Virus record (IMG/VR): IMGVR_UViG_3300032261_000561
Reading direction: 5' to 3' (one strand)
DNA: 64,000 nucleotides
Origin: a virus
Both the position numbers and the translations under genes were made by a program. Every line of letters begins with the position of its first letter. The stretch's first letter is position 1. Shown here piece by piece: positions 30,833-41,693 of the stretch. Below the pieces are notes generated by a model. The model searched no databases, was not told the origin of the DNA, and was given only the letters and a program-made list of their open reading frames with translations.

Positions 30833-31837
30833 TCAGGCCTCGACCAGGAGGCGTTCGCACTTGGCGCACCTCTCGATCATCCGCGCGGTGTCCCAGGCCA
30901 AGCGGCCACCCAACGACTGCAGGCGGCTGCGTGTGTCGTAGGCGTGGACCTGGTTGGCCACCAAGGTCACCGCCTGGGTGACGTCGTAGACGGTGGTGCC
31001 ATCCTCGGGAAGCTGGCGCACCTGCTCGATGACGGCATGCGTGAGAGCGGAGGAGAGCCGGTATTCGTGGGCCAGCTGCTCGGCGAAACTCACCGGATGC
31101 CCGGGGACCGGGATGTCAGCCGTCTGCTTGTAGCGATCCAGATGCTCGTCCATGGTGGAAAGCAGCTCCTCGGCGGCGATCTCCATGGAGGCCAACACCT
31201 CGGGCATGGTCATCCCGGTGATGGTGATCTTCCCGTCGCTCTCCGAGGTGGTCATCCCGTTGGTGCACACCAGCCGGTGGAAGTAGCGCGACACGCTGGG
31301 GGCCTTGACCCGATCGGGATAGGCCAGAAAGCGGATACCGCCCTCGGTGATGTCCCCCACCTCGGGTCGACCGAGGATCCCCTTTGGGTTGGGGACGTCC
31401 ACCTTATGGTCGGCGGTGGTGACGTCGAGGTGGAAGCGTTTCTCCTCGCGGGTGAGCTGGCGGATCTCGTCCTCAGGCTTGAACACGGTTTCCACCAGCT
31501 TGCCAACGCGTGCCACCGGGATCATCATCAGGCCGGGGCTGAACATGCTCACGATGCCATTGTCGACGGACTCCAACACCACGTCGGCCCGGGCTTTTTG
31601 GTCCCGCCAGAATTTCAGTGTCTCGGCGCGAAAATCGGGCGGGCAGTCCCGAAGATACTGCACCGGCAGCTTGAGATAACGGGCCAGAATGTTGAGCGCC
31701 TGCTCGTCAAGCGCGAACTGCCCGTCGTTAATCGTGATCGTCGAACAGTCGTCCGCGATGGCCAGATCGCCCAGCCGTACGATCCGGCGTGTCTCTTGAC
31801 GTTTGGCCAGGCTCTCCGCTAATTCGGCCACCTTCAT
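30833..31837 (-). CDS. DUF932-like phage protein
   Basis: RLVCTNGM motif; T.YD...AVT..AN near C-terminus; GGAGACACAC RBS. Confidence 0.75.
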   Translation of the reverse strand: MKVAELAESLAKRQETRRIVRLGDLAIADDCSTITINDGQFALDEQALNILARYLKLPVQYLRDCPPDFRAETLKFWRDQKARADVVLESVDNGIVSMFSPGLMMIPVARVGKLVETVFKPEDEIRQLTREEKRFHLDVTTADHKVDVPNPKGILGRPEVGDITEGGIRFLAYPDRVKAPSVSRYFHRLVCTNGMTTSESDGKITITGMTMPEVLASMEIAAEELLSTMDEHLDRYKQTADIPVPGHPVSFAEQLAHEYRLSSALTHAVIEQVRQLPEDGTTVYDVTQAVTLVANQVHAYDTRSRLQSLGGRLAWDTARMIERCAKCERLLVEA

Positions 31838-32008
31838 GTGTGTCTCCTCGAAGCGTTGGGGGAAAGTTGGGCGAAGATTTCACTATAGTCCTCGGCCGGT
31901 AAATGGACACACCTTCAGCCGGGTCGACGCGGTGCTCGCAGGCCACAGCCAGCAACAGGAAGCGGCACGGCCGGTAATGCCAGCCGTCGGTGCGCCTGCA
32001 GTGACAAC

Positions 32009-33133
32009 TCAGATCTGGCGGGGTATTTGCAATGCGTTCCATGCCACCTGCAAAGAGTGTTCAACGCCGGTCACCACTTTGGTCGTGGTGAGATACGGGA
32101 ATGCCGTCTCGGAGGCCGGGGTGTTAATGATCGTGGGAGGCACACCCAGGCTGGGCTGCAGCTGTAGGGTGCCACCCAGATAGGAGCCGTCGGCCGTCGA
32201 GCCCAGCGGCACCTTGGCAGCTGTCACCGCACCGGGGTCCCAGCCCTGGATCGGAGTACCTAACGGCACCCACGAGCGGGTGCGCAGCTGGGTGAAGATC
32301 TGCGCGTTCATGTTGCCGCCCGAGGCGGCCTGCACGGTGGACAAGTAGAGGGTCTTGCGCCAGCCAGCGGCGGACAGCGGGCCGTCGCTACGCAGCCCAG
32401 GCTCGGGTGCGGCGTTGACCGGATTGGGATCCCAGCCGCTGCCGGTGCCGAACTGCCACGCCAGACTGCCACCACCAGCGGGGTTGCGGGCCGAAGTAAA
32501 CGAGTTGACGCCCACCGCGCTCCATCGCTTGCGGGCGGTGAACACGTGGCCGTCTGAGTCGGTGCCGTACACCGTCAGGTATCCCCGGGCGGTCGAAATC
32601 CCCTTGTCGAAACTCACACCCTGTGCAGAAAGGTTGGGGATAACCTCCTCGGCCACCGGCACCAGCCGCCCGCCGGTGGCCACGCGGAAATGCTGCAGCA
32701 GGCCGCTGGTCTGGGCGCCCTGCGTGACACTGTGCAGCAGATAGAGGTACGGGGTGCCCACGCTGGTCCCGGCGTTGAGCACAGCGGAGTCCACCGGCGT
32801 GACGATCGGGATGACCGGCGTGTTGTCGATCAGCGTGCGCGCGCCGCTGGGGCCCAGAATGAACCAGCTGGGTGTGGTGTGCTCGGTGTAGTCGCTGAAA
32901 AAACCGGGATTGCTGGTTGACGGGGTAGCCGTCGTCCAGCGCCGGGAGAATGCGGCCAGCATCTGGGTGGAGCTGATCTGGTGAATGTGTACCGGCGCCC
33001 CGGCCGCGATCGTGGTGTTGTCGTAGAAGGCGCCCAGCCGGGAGCTGGTCGCGTTGCGGGTGGCGGTGACGATGGAGGCGCCCAGCAGATCCACGGCGCT
33101 GGACAGCACCTGTGCCGCCGGGTTGCTAGCCAT
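32009..33133 (-). CDS. beta-rich hypothetical protein (possibly virion-associated)
   Basis: 374-aa ORF rich in Ser/Thr/Gly. Confidence 0.65.
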   Translation of the reverse strand: MASNPAAQVLSSAVDLLGASIVTATRNATSSRLGAFYDNTTIAAGAPVHIHQISSTQMLAAFSRRWTTATPSTSNPGFFSDYTEHTTPSWFILGPSGARTLIDNTPVIPIVTPVDSAVLNAGTSVGTPYLYLLHSVTQGAQTSGLLQHFRVATGGRLVPVAEEVIPNLSAQGVSFDKGISTARGYLTVYGTDSDGHVFTARKRWSAVGVNSFTSARNPAGGGSLAWQFGTGSGWDPNPVNAAPEPGLRSDGPLSAAGWRKTLYLSTVQAASGGNMNAQIFTQLRTRSWVPLGTPIQGWDPGAVTAAKVPLGSTADGSYLGGTLQLQPSLGVPPTIINTPASETAFPYLTTTKVVTGVEHSLQVAWNALQIPRQI

Positions 33134-33866
33134 CGAACTCGTCGTCGTCGTCGAAGTCGGCCTCGGTCCCCGGGTCGAACACGTCGTCGATGACTTCCTC
33201 GACCCGCGCGGTCAGCGCGGGCACGGCTATCGGCTGATCGCTGTTGACCTTGGCGCTGATCGCGTCCCACATCTGTGGGGGCACCACCTCTTTGACCGCG
33301 CTGATGATGCGGTGCACCTCGGCCATCATCTCAGCGTGTTGCATCTCGCCGGTGGACCGGCGCTCGATCTCGGCCAGCCGCGCCGCCGCCGTCATGCCTT
33401 CACCCACCGTGACCACCGTGGTGGGTTGGATCAAGTGCTCATGGGCCCGCTGCATGACGGTTTCCAGGAAGGCCAAATGCGTGACCGTCTCCCCAATGCC
33501 GTTCTCGTAGTCGCGGCCGAACTGCATCTCACGTTTGAGCCCGATGCTGCGGTAGATCGCCCACGACGGATTGTCGAGCGCGAAATGTTGCTCCGCGTGG
33601 TGCTTGATGATGCGCTGGGTGATGGGGCCACGGCCCTGCTTTTTGCGCGCCGGGTTGATTGAGGTGCCGAGAATCTGATGGACGTCGCGATAGCTGTGCA
33701 TACGGGCCAGCAGGTTGTTGACCAGGATCCGCGTCGAGGGATCCTGACACACCCGGCACCGGGGCTCAATCTTGACTTCCAGCTTGAGCTTGCCCTCTTC
33801 GCGCAACCGCGCCATCTCCGCAGCGACGGCCGCGTCGATGTCGTAATCGGTGGCCAGCTCAGTCAT
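33126..33866 (-). CDS. Zn-finger/HTH protein
   Basis: PRCRVC...SYRDV...HAEQH; acidic tail. Confidence 0.65.
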   Translation of the reverse strand: MTELATDYDIDAAVAAEMARLREEGKLKLEVKIEPRCRVCQDPSTRILVNNLLARMHSYRDVHQILGTSINPARKKQGRGPITQRIIKHHAEQHFALDNPSWAIYRSIGLKREMQFGRDYENGIGETVTHLAFLETVMQRAHEHLIQPTTVVTVGEGMTAAARLAEIERRSTGEMQHAEMMAEVHRIISAVKEVVPPQMWDAISAKVNSDQPIAVPALTARVEEVIDDVFDPGTEADFDDDDEFDG

Positions 33867-34168
33867 TCGTCGGCCTGCTTGAGTTTGACCGGCCGCTGCC
33901 CGGCCCACGGATTGTAGGCACGGCGATACATGCCATGCGACAAAGCCCGGTCCGGTGCGCCGTAGGGGCCGATAAGCTCACGCGACCATCGTAGTGCCAG
34001 CTGGTCAGCGGTGAGGTAGTCCACTTCACGTCCCTGCTCACGCAGGCGGCGCCGGTCGGCGGCCAGAATCTTCTCGGCGTCGTCTTCGACGGAGAAATCC
34101 ACTCCGCTGCGCAACGGCAGGATGTTGGGTGGAGGGGCGGTATCAAACCTTCCATCCTCGGCAAACAC
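33863..34168 (-). CDS. hypothetical protein
   Basis: ORF track; GAGGAG RBS. Confidence 0.65.
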   Translation of the reverse strand: MFAEDGRFDTAPPPNILPLRSGVDFSVEDDAEKILAADRRRLREQGREVDYLTADQLALRWSRELIGPYGAPDRALSHGMYRRAYNPWAGQRPVKLKQADE

Positions 34169-34177
34169 TGGGGCTCC

Positions 34178-34654
34178 TCAGGCAGATATGAGCTGCTCCC
34201 GTTCGTCCTCGAACGCGGGCAATGAGGTGGCGGTGTCGGCCGTCTCAGGGGTGCACTTCGAGCGCTTGACGTAGATCCTTGGTACCCAGGTCCCGGCCTG
34301 CTTTTCGTCATAGGCCTTGACCATGCGTGCCAACGCGGTGTCGGCGTACTGCTGTATGGGGGTGCTCCACTGGCTCTCCGGCAGCATGATGTCGGTGGCC
34401 GCGCCCTCGGTGAACCCGCGCAGGCAGATCAGCTCGAAGGCTTCCCGCTGGCGATCAGGCAACGACAGGATGCCGGTCATCAGATCCGGCAGGTAGATCT
34501 CCTCCACCCCCAGGACGGTATCGACGACCACGATGATGCCCGGCATTTCCATTTCGCCGGATTCGATAAGAGCCTTGAAATGTTCGAGATGTTGAAAGCA
34601 CCGCTTGAATATCTGTAGCCTGCGCTTGGTGGGATCATCGGGTAAGCGGCGCAT
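34178..34654 (-). CDS. sigma-70 region 4-like HTH protein
   Basis: LPDRQREAFEL..LRGFTE..A..IM...AL. Confidence 0.7.
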   Translation of the reverse strand: MRRLPDDPTKRRLQIFKRCFQHLEHFKALIESGEMEMPGIIVVVDTVLGVEEIYLPDLMTGILSLPDRQREAFELICLRGFTEGAATDIMLPESQWSTPIQQYADTALARMVKAYDEKQAGTWVPRIYVKRSKCTPETADTATSLPAFEDEREQLISA

Positions 34655-34663
34655 TTCTGGTCC

Positions 34664-35356
34664 CTATCGCTCGAAACTTTTCCAGGTGCGGATCTTTTCC
34701 AGGTAGCTCATGAACCGGCCGATCTCGTCATAGAAATCCTTCGAGGTCTGCCAAAGGCAGTACCGGAAGAACGCATGATAGCGATCGGTGCGGGTGTCGC
34801 GATTGGCCCGGGCGGTGCGGTCGTTGATGGTGCCGTCGATGGTGGCCCAGTAGACATCGTCGTGCATGTCCCCGGCGGTCATCTTGCCGTAGACGGCATC
34901 CTGCAGCAGCTGGCTGATGCGCGGGGCGACGTCGAGGCGCAGCCGCTGCAACCCGAGGATGGCCTCCTCGAAGTCCTGGCCGGTGAGCTGGCTGTAATCC
35001 TCTAGGAAGCGGCCATCCTCATCACGCTTGTAGACCTGACGTCCCTGCCGGTCGACCAGCGCCATGCCGGTGTGCGGATTGGTGTCGGGTATGTGCATGG
35101 CGCCGTAGAAGCGCTGGAAGATGTCGATGGCGTCGCGGAAGTTGTTGGCGAACTCCTCATCGACAGCGGCCTGGGTACGCACCAGGATGGCCTGATCTTC
35201 GGGGCGCCAGGTGAACCGAATCTTCTCGAAGATCGACTTGCGCTGCTCGACTTCCAGGTCGTCGGCGTCGGTGGGTGCGGCAGGGAGCAAGTCTTCCAGC
35301 GGCTGGTTCAGATCGTCGACAGCCGCCTGGGAAAGACCGTTCGATCCTTCGGTCAC
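34664..35356 (-). CDS. conserved phage protein
   Basis: ORF track, within the recombination operon. Confidence 0.75.
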   Translation of the reverse strand: MTEGSNGLSQAAVDDLNQPLEDLLPAAPTDADDLEVEQRKSIFEKIRFTWRPEDQAILVRTQAAVDEEFANNFRDAIDIFQRFYGAMHIPDTNPHTGMALVDRQGRQVYKRDEDGRFLEDYSQLTGQDFEEAILGLQRLRLDVAPRISQLLQDAVYGKMTAGDMHDDVYWATIDGTINDRTARANRDTRTDRYHAFFRYCLWQTSKDFYDEIGRFMSYLEKIRTWKSFER

Positions 35357-35814
35357 TACCCTGTAACCTTCCGCCTCTCGGCCCCATCGGTGGCCCCCTG
35401 CTCGTCAAGATAGCACGTCAAATCGGGTGTGATGTGGATTCGTACACCCATGGGTTCTCCAATTTCTGCCACCCGTTTACGCACGAGCAAAGTGGTCACC
35501 TGAGCGTCATCGCGCCACACCACGCCCGTCAGTGCATCCAGACATGCTCGGGTGAGCTTATCAATGTCGGGCTTCTTGGTAGCCGGAGGCGTGGGCTTGG
35601 TCTTGGCAGTATTACCGGGTCGGTAAAGCACGAATTCTAGACCAACAGCGAGTGGACCCTCGATTAACTCCATGGGTTCCACCTCTTGATAGGCCGCCAA
35701 CGCAACACGTTCACGCCACGGGCCCAGCTCCTTGTTGTCTTCCCGCATCCCCCAGCGGGTCTTGACCTTCGACCCCTGAGATTGAGGTTTACCCGGGACG
35801 TAGAACGAGAGCAT
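35356..35814 (-). CDS. rusA: RusA-like Holliday junction resolvase
   Basis: KPDIDKL.RA.LDALTG..W.DDAQV. Confidence 0.9.
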   Translation of the reverse strand: MLSFYVPGKPQSQGSKVKTRWGMREDNKELGPWRERVALAAYQEVEPMELIEGPLAVGLEFVLYRPGNTAKTKPTPPATKKPDIDKLTRACLDALTGVVWRDDAQVTTLLVRKRVAEIGEPMGVRIHITPDLTCYLDEQGATDGAERRKVTG

Positions 35815-36560
35815 CAACGGGGCCCGTCCGGATGAAGCCAGCACGCGAACCGTACCGGGCAGGTAGTGACCGTAGGACTGTTGGGTGCACAACAATAGAT
35901 CGGCGCACGATTGAGCGCGATAGCCTCACGCACCCGGTCGAACTTCGAGTAGATCTCGGAGAGCAGCGCGTCATTGCGGGCCACCGGGATCTCGCGCATT
36001 CTAAACGGATAGCCGCTCTCCACCATCAGGATGATGCCGGTTTCCAGCCCCTGGCTGTCCAGCTGGATGGACAGCTGCGCCTCCCACTTCGGCAACAGCT
36101 CGGTCTTGGCAAACTTGAAATGGGTGCGGCTCTTGATCTCCACCACGATCGGACCGCGTGTGAGATGGTCGACGATCGCGTCGATGCGGCCGCGCACGTG
36201 GTGCTCCTCGATGGTGAACATCTTCTCGACGTTCTCCGGCTTCACCAGACCGGTGCGCACCAGATGCCGCTGCAGTATCTCGTGCAGGCTGGTGCCCACC
36301 CCCGCCGCCATCTCGCGTTCCAGGCTGAACGGCTCGTCTACGGCGAATTTCTGGGTGTCTGGGTGGAAGAGGTAGTACAGCTGGCGTTCGCCCATCAGCG
36401 GGTGCGTGGAGGGGTGAAAATAGCCATCCCCGCGACCCTCCCACACCCCGCCGTGCAGATCGGCGCCGTCGCGTACGGCGGCCCGCATCTGGTTTTCCAG
36501 CATGGGCAGCACAATCTCCTGATTGGCCAGCCGTTTGAGGAGGTTGTCATAGATGGTCAT
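35814..36560 (-). CDS. Cas4-like PD-(D/E)XK exonuclease
   Basis: GT.LH, GRID, EIKS, Q...Q, C-terminal C..C...C. Confidence 0.85.
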   Translation of the reverse strand: MTIYDNLLKRLANQEIVLPMLENQMRAAVRDGADLHGGVWEGRGDGYFHPSTHPLMGERQLYYLFHPDTQKFAVDEPFSLEREMAAGVGTSLHEILQRHLVRTGLVKPENVEKMFTIEEHHVRGRIDAIVDHLTRGPIVVEIKSRTHFKFAKTELLPKWEAQLSIQLDSQGLETGIILMVESGYPFRMREIPVARNDALLSEIYSKFDRVREAIALNRAPIYCCAPNSPTVTTCPVRFACWLHPDGPR

Positions 36561-36910
36561 GGAACTTCCTCCGTTCGCCGCGCCAGGTCGAGCAGTTCCG
36601 CGAAGTCGTTGAGCCTCAGCACAATGTAGTCATCAACTGCACTACCTGTGATAAAGCGAATTGGAATAACGAACCGCTGGCCCAGGTAGTCAGCGCGCTC
36701 ACTCTCGGCCAGCAGAAACGCGTGGTTGAGACTGAACGAGCCTTTCTCGGTGCATTTGCAGTCGGCCAGCATCGGGAATGCGGTCTGTGCCGGGTGCCGG
36801 GTGTCGACGGCGTCCCCGCGTGCGTAGAACTGGTTGCCACTGCCCGGCGTGGAATCTAAGCGCAACAGCTGCTGCACGTAGCGCTCGAACGTCTTCCACA
36901 GAGGTGCCAT
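36557..36910 (-). CDS. Hjc-like PD-(D/E)XK resolvase
   Basis: FER....TPGSG....GD....DCK. Confidence 0.7.
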   Translation of the reverse strand: MAPLWKTFERYVQQLLRLDSTPGSGNQFYARGDAVDTRHPAQTAFPMLADCKCTEKGSFSLNHAFLLAESERADYLGQRFVIPIRFITGSAVDDYIVLRLNDFAELLDLARRTEEVP

Positions 36911-36911
36911 C

Positions 36912-38024
36912 TCATTCCTCCCCAAACACCCCCTGGCGGAACAACTCAGCCACCGGCGCTTCGTCCAGATCGTTGGGATTCTGCACCGGGGCTACCTCGG
37001 ACACCCGGTCGCGCAGCTGCTCGATGATCGCCACCCGCAGCTGCGCCTGCAGCTCGGGATGGGCTTTGATGTGCGCCGAGAACTGATCGGCGCCGCAGAT
37101 CTTCCCGTCAGGTAAAGACGGGTGGTGATACCAGGCGCCCTTGCGGGTGACGATCGACGTCATGGCGCCCAGCCGGGCGATCTCCTCGGCCTGGTCGACA
37201 CCGAAGCCCCACTTCTCGGTGCGCACCGACATAAACCACCACTGGCAGGTGCGGCCCTCGATGCCCCCGGCCTGGTTTTTGACGATTTTCGCCGCCACCG
37301 TACCGCCGACTTTGACGCGCTCGCCGTTGATGTCCTCGAAGACTTCGCCTTTGGCTTTCTTGAGATACACCCGCATCACCGCGTTGTGCTTAGGGGCGTG
37401 CCCGCCGGGCGTGATGATGCGATGAAAACCCGCAACGTCATCGCGAGTCTGGTTGACGGCGTAGGTGCAGCATTGGTACTTGGCGGTGAGATTGGCCATG
37501 ATCGGAGCGAAGCGCGCCATTTGGCGGGCGTTGCCGGTCATCTCGTCTTTCTCGGTGTCCATCGACTTGCGGGTGATCGCGCTGGCGATGGAGTCGAACA
37601 GCACGAAACACACGAAGCCGCTTTTCACCGCCTCTTTGTAGATCTCACAGGCCTGCTCGATATCGTCGGGCTGGGAGTAGATGATGCGCTTGTCCAGGCG
37701 CTCCTCACCCACCAGGGTGGCCAGCCACTCGACGTCCAACTTGTGCTCGGTATCCAAAATCAGCGCGCCGCGCTTGGGCTGAGCGTCGAGGAAGTTGCTC
37801 ATGCCCAGCAGCCCCAGCGTGGTCTTGCCGCATTGCTCGGCGCCGAACACCTCCACCATGCGGTCGGATGGCCAGCCGCCGCAGCCGGTGGCCAGATCCA
37901 GCGAGATGGAGCCGGTCGAATACTTGGGGTAGCGCGGCATCTGCGAGGCCATCATCACCGAGCGCGGGCCGAATTTTTCGGCCATCGCATCGTGGATCTT
38001 CTGCGCCTCCGGCTTGGCCGCCAT
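36912..38024 (-). CDS. recA: RecA-like recombinase
   Basis: STGSISLDLATG.GG.P, Walker A GAEQCGKTT, SQPD..EQA, FDSIA, NQ.R, TPGG. Confidence 0.95.
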   Translation of the reverse strand: MAAKPEAQKIHDAMAEKFGPRSVMMASQMPRYPKYSTGSISLDLATGCGGWPSDRMVEVFGAEQCGKTTLGLLGMSNFLDAQPKRGALILDTEHKLDVEWLATLVGEERLDKRIIYSQPDDIEQACEIYKEAVKSGFVCFVLFDSIASAITRKSMDTEKDEMTGNARQMARFAPIMANLTAKYQCCTYAVNQTRDDVAGFHRIITPGGHAPKHNAVMRVYLKKAKGEVFEDINGERVKVGGTVAAKIVKNQAGGIEGRTCQWWFMSVRTEKWGFGVDQAEEIARLGAMTSIVTRKGAWYHHPSLPDGKICGADQFSAHIKAHPELQAQLRVAIIEQLRDRVSEVAPVQNPNDLDEAPVAELFRQGVFGEE

Positions 38025-38210
38025 CAGCCGAAATCTTCGTCGAGGACCCGTGGCGCATCGGGGTCCCCCACCCAGCTGATCTCCCCGGCCTGCCTCGCTT
38101 CGGCCAGAATCTTCATCGCGAACTCGTTGCACAACGCCACCGACGGCCGGAAGGTCGTCCGCTGCTGCACAAGATCCCCGAGCACCACGCCGAAATTCGC
38201 GACCTGGTCT

Positions 38211-41200
38211 TTAGTTGCCATACTCATCCCATATCTTGTCCAGTCGATACAAATTGCTAAGACACACGCCATTGTCTAGGCGCTCGCATTCACAGATCAC
38301 CGGCTTGCCCATCTCGATGGAGTATTTGTACCGCTCCCACGGGCCCGGGAACACCACAATATCGTAGGTGTCGCCCTGCCATTCCACCCCGATGAACGCC
38401 ATCTCGGAGCCCGGGTTGCGGCCTTTCTTCGTCTTAGTCTTGCGGATCTTGACGATCTGCCCGCCGATCACCAGCTCCTGGCCGGGCAGATATTTGCGGA
38501 TCTGCGATGGGTTGCGGATCGCTTCGGCGTCGATGGCGCGCACATAGGCACCCATCGGATCGATGGTGACGAAGCTGCCGACCAGCTGCTGCTCGATCTG
38601 GTAGAGCACCTCGTCGTTAGCGAAGTCGGGGACCTCGATCTGAAACCGCTTGGGGTACTTGGCGATCTTGTCGGCCACCAGCGCGTCGCGCTCAGCCGGG
38701 CTAGCCTTGGCCCACTTGCCGGGCCCGATGTCCTTGCCCGCCCAGCGGTACTCGATCTCGCGCAGCATGGCGGTGCGGTCGCCGAACTCGTCCAGTGCCC
38801 CGATCTTCACCAGGTTGACCGCACAGGCTTTGTAGGCGCCTTTCCCGGCGCGCGCCAGATAGTCGTTGAACGAGCTATAGGGCTGCGCAGCCACCAGCGC
38901 CCGGGCGTTGACTTCACCCACGCCATGGATGGCGTCTAGCCCGTAGCGGATGGTCTGCCCTTCGATACGGAACGTCACCCGCGACTCGTTGATGTCGGGC
39001 GGCAGGATGGTCAGCCCTTTGCGCCGGGCGTCGCGCACGAAGTAGTTGCGCTTGGCCTCGTCCACCCGCATGAAGCCGACCAGCATCTCGGCCGGGTAAT
39101 AATGCTTCATCCAGATCTCCCAGGCCGCGATCATGGCGTAGCCCAGCGCGTGGCTCTTGTTGAAGCAGTACCGGCCGGAGGCTTCGATGGAGCGCCAGAT
39201 GTCAGCGGCCACCGGCGCCGGAATCCCCGAATGGGTGCGGCAGCCATCGATGAACTTCTCCTTCATGGCCAGCACTTTGGCCATGATCTTCTTACCGACC
39301 GCCTTCTGCAGATCCGAGGACTCCGACTGGCTGAACCCGGCCAGCTCCCGAGAGGCTTCCATCAGCTGCTCCTGGTAAACCAGGATGCCGAACGTGCTCT
39401 GGGTGATCGGCTCCATCATCGGGTGCTGGTAGACAACCGACTCAACGCCAGCTCGACGGCGTAGGTACGCGTGGTAGAGACCCGCATCGCGCACACCGGG
39501 GCGGTTGATGGAGATGAGGTCAGCGACTTCAACCATGCTGCGCGGCCGAAACTCGATCGCAGACTCAGTTCCACCGGGTGTGCCCAGCTGGAAGATGCCA
39601 ACGGTCTGCCCTTCGTCGATCTGGGTCCAGATGACCGGATCCTCATAGTGGCGCTCGTCGAATGCCTCGTAGTCGATGTCGGCATCGTGGCGTTCCTTGG
39701 CCAGGTCGGCGGCGATCTGCAGCGCATCCAGGTGGCGCAGCGCCAGAAAATCGCCTTTTAGCCCGCCCAGCTCCTCGACGTCATACATGTCAAACTGCGT
39801 CGTCAGCGTGTTGTTCTTGACCCGGGTCGGCAGCGTCCCACCGGCCAGCGACTGATCGCTGATCAGCACGGCGGCGGCGTGCACCCCGGTCTGGCGGATC
39901 ACTCCGAACATCTTGTCGAGATCCTCGAACAGCTTGGGGTGCCTGTCCATGTAGGGACCAATCTCCTTGCGGTGGTCTTCGATGACCTCCTCCCAGCTGC
40001 GGACGTCCTCCTCGGCCGACTCCTCCTCTTCGATCTCGGCGGCGGTGATGCGCTCGACGATCTTGCCGATGTCTTCCAGTTCCTTGTAGTCGATGCCCAG
40101 CATCCGACCGATGTCTTTGACGGTGCCTCGGGCCTGGTTGCGGCTCATCGTGCAGATGGAGCACACGTGGTCGTGTCCCCAGCGGTGCTTGACGTACTCC
40201 TTCATGCCCGCCCGCTTGGAGCGCGGGAAGTCGATGTCGATGTCGGGGAAGCCGGTGCGTTCGGGGATCAGGAAGCGCTCAAACAGCAGTCCGTATTTGA
40301 TCGGGTCGATGCTGGTGATGCCCAGCAGCCAGGCCACTAGGGAGCCGCCCACCGAGCCCCGGCCGGGCCCGATCATCATCGGCTGGGGCCCGGTGCCCAG
40401 CACGTACTGCGCCCAGCTGCCGTCGCGGGCGGCGCGCACGTAGTCGGTGACGATCAGGAAGTACCCGGCGAACCGCTTGTCGCAGATGACCTGCAGCTCG
40501 GACTCCATCCGGCGCCAGTACAGGTCGCGGTCCAGCCCGCCGCGCTCCACCCGGTCGCGGAAGCCTTTCTCCACCAGGTCCAGGAACGTCTCCCAGTCAT
40601 CGGCCTCGCTCTTGGTGAACAGCGGCATGCCCAGCATGGGCTTGATCACCACGTCGCACTGCTCGGCCATATGCGCGGAGTGCTTGATGGCCTCGGACAC
40701 GATCTCCCGGCTGACGCCGTGCCGCTTCATCCAGAAGTGCAGCTCGCTCTCGCTCATCAGCCAGTCGGCCTTCTGCCCGCTGACCTCGGCCTGATCGGGA
40801 TTGGAGTCGGCCCTAAAACCCCACACCAGCTCCTTGTAGCGCCAGTGCCCGGGATAGGCGTAATGGGAATCGTTGACCACCACCATCGGGATGCCCATTT
40901 CGGTGGCCAGGCGAACCTTGGCCTGGTTCAGCTGGGTCATCTCGGCGTTAAGCCGGTGCTGGTCGATGATCTCCCGGCGGCGCTGCGCGGCGGTGATCAT
41001 CTCCTCGGTGTCGCCGGGCAGCCACGGGTTGCCGTTGGCGTCCAGCACCACCACCTCAGGCGGGATATCAGGCAGCTCCATGTACTGCCAGGTATGCAGT
41101 TCCACGTAGAAATTCTCGCGGAAGATCTCGTGCAACCCGCCCATGTACAACCGGGCCAGGTCCTCGTCACCGGCCACCACCGCCCGGTTCAGCCCGGTCA

Positions 41201-41678
41201 GCATGCAACCGTCGCTGGCGTAGAGGCCAGCCGCGTGCTGGCTCAGCAGCTCCGGATCGGCCAGCGGCTTGTTGTAGAAGTGCTTGGCGTCATATGCGGT
41301 GGACGACAGCGCCCACAGGTTGCGCAGCCCCTCCTGATTCTTGGCGATCAGGCACAAATGACTGGTGTTGCCGGTGGGATTCTTCTCCTCCCGCGCTTTG
41401 GCGATGTTGGAACACCAATAGCCTTCCATCCCGAAGATCGGCCGCACCCCCTCGGCGCGGCAGGCCTTCTGGAATGCCAGGTGCTGGTTGACCTCGCCGT
41501 GGTCGGTGAGCGCCACCGCGCTCTGGCGCAGCTCGCGGGCCCGCCGAGCGATCTGGCCGACTTTGGAGAAGCCGTCGAGAAATGAGCCCTCCGAATGGTT
41601 GTGAAAGCCAACCTGATCCTCTGGTTCGGGGGGCCCCGGGTTATCCCCATATCCCGGGGCCGCCGCCACCTGTTCCAT
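38211..41678 (-). CDS. dnaE: DNA polymerase III alpha subunit (DnaE-like, with PHP domain)
   Basis: HNHS..S.LDG, ALTDHG, GPGRGS.GGSL, FERFL, PDIDIDF, YQEQ.M, FNKSH, C-terminal OB fold. Confidence 0.97.
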   Translation of the reverse strand: MEQVAAAPGYGDNPGPPEPEDQVGFHNHSEGSFLDGFSKVGQIARRARELRQSAVALTDHGEVNQHLAFQKACRAEGVRPIFGMEGYWCSNIAKAREEKNPTGNTSHLCLIAKNQEGLRNLWALSSTAYDAKHFYNKPLADPELLSQHAAGLYASDGCMLTGLNRAVVAGDEDLARLYMGGLHEIFRENFYVELHTWQYMELPDIPPEVVVLDANGNPWLPGDTEEMITAAQRRREIIDQHRLNAEMTQLNQAKVRLATEMGIPMVVVNDSHYAYPGHWRYKELVWGFRADSNPDQAEVSGQKADWLMSESELHFWMKRHGVSREIVSEAIKHSAHMAEQCDVVIKPMLGMPLFTKSEADDWETFLDLVEKGFRDRVERGGLDRDLYWRRMESELQVICDKRFAGYFLIVTDYVRAARDGSWAQYVLGTGPQPMMIGPGRGSVGGSLVAWLLGITSIDPIKYGLLFERFLIPERTGFPDIDIDFPRSKRAGMKEYVKHRWGHDHVCSICTMSRNQARGTVKDIGRMLGIDYKELEDIGKIVERITAAEIEEEESAEEDVRSWEEVIEDHRKEIGPYMDRHPKLFEDLDKMFGVIRQTGVHAAAVLISDQSLAGGTLPTRVKNNTLTTQFDMYDVEELGGLKGDFLALRHLDALQIAADLAKERHDADIDYEAFDERHYEDPVIWTQIDEGQTVGIFQLGTPGGTESAIEFRPRSMVEVADLISINRPGVRDAGLYHAYLRRRAGVESVVYQHPMMEPITQSTFGILVYQEQLMEASRELAGFSQSESSDLQKAVGKKIMAKVLAMKEKFIDGCRTHSGIPAPVAADIWRSIEASGRYCFNKSHALGYAMIAAWEIWMKHYYPAEMLVGFMRVDEAKRNYFVRDARRKGLTILPPDINESRVTFRIEGQTIRYGLDAIHGVGEVNARALVAAQPYSSFNDYLARAGKGAYKACAVNLVKIGALDEFGDRTAMLREIEYRWAGKDIGPGKWAKASPAERDALVADKIAKYPKRFQIEVPDFANDEVLYQIEQQLVGSFVTIDPMGAYVRAIDAEAIRNPSQIRKYLPGQELVIGGQIVKIRKTKTKKGRNPGSEMAFIGVEWQGDTYDIVVFPGPWERYKYSIEMGKPVICECERLDNGVCLSNLYRLDKIWDEYGN

Positions 41679-41693
41679 GCGGGGATAGCAGGA

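Noticed and set aside
35814-36560. Cas4-like gene as evidence of a CRISPR system
   Set aside because: No repeat-spacer array or other cas genes seen; it lies in a recombination operon, as is usual for stand-alone phage Cas4-like nucleases.
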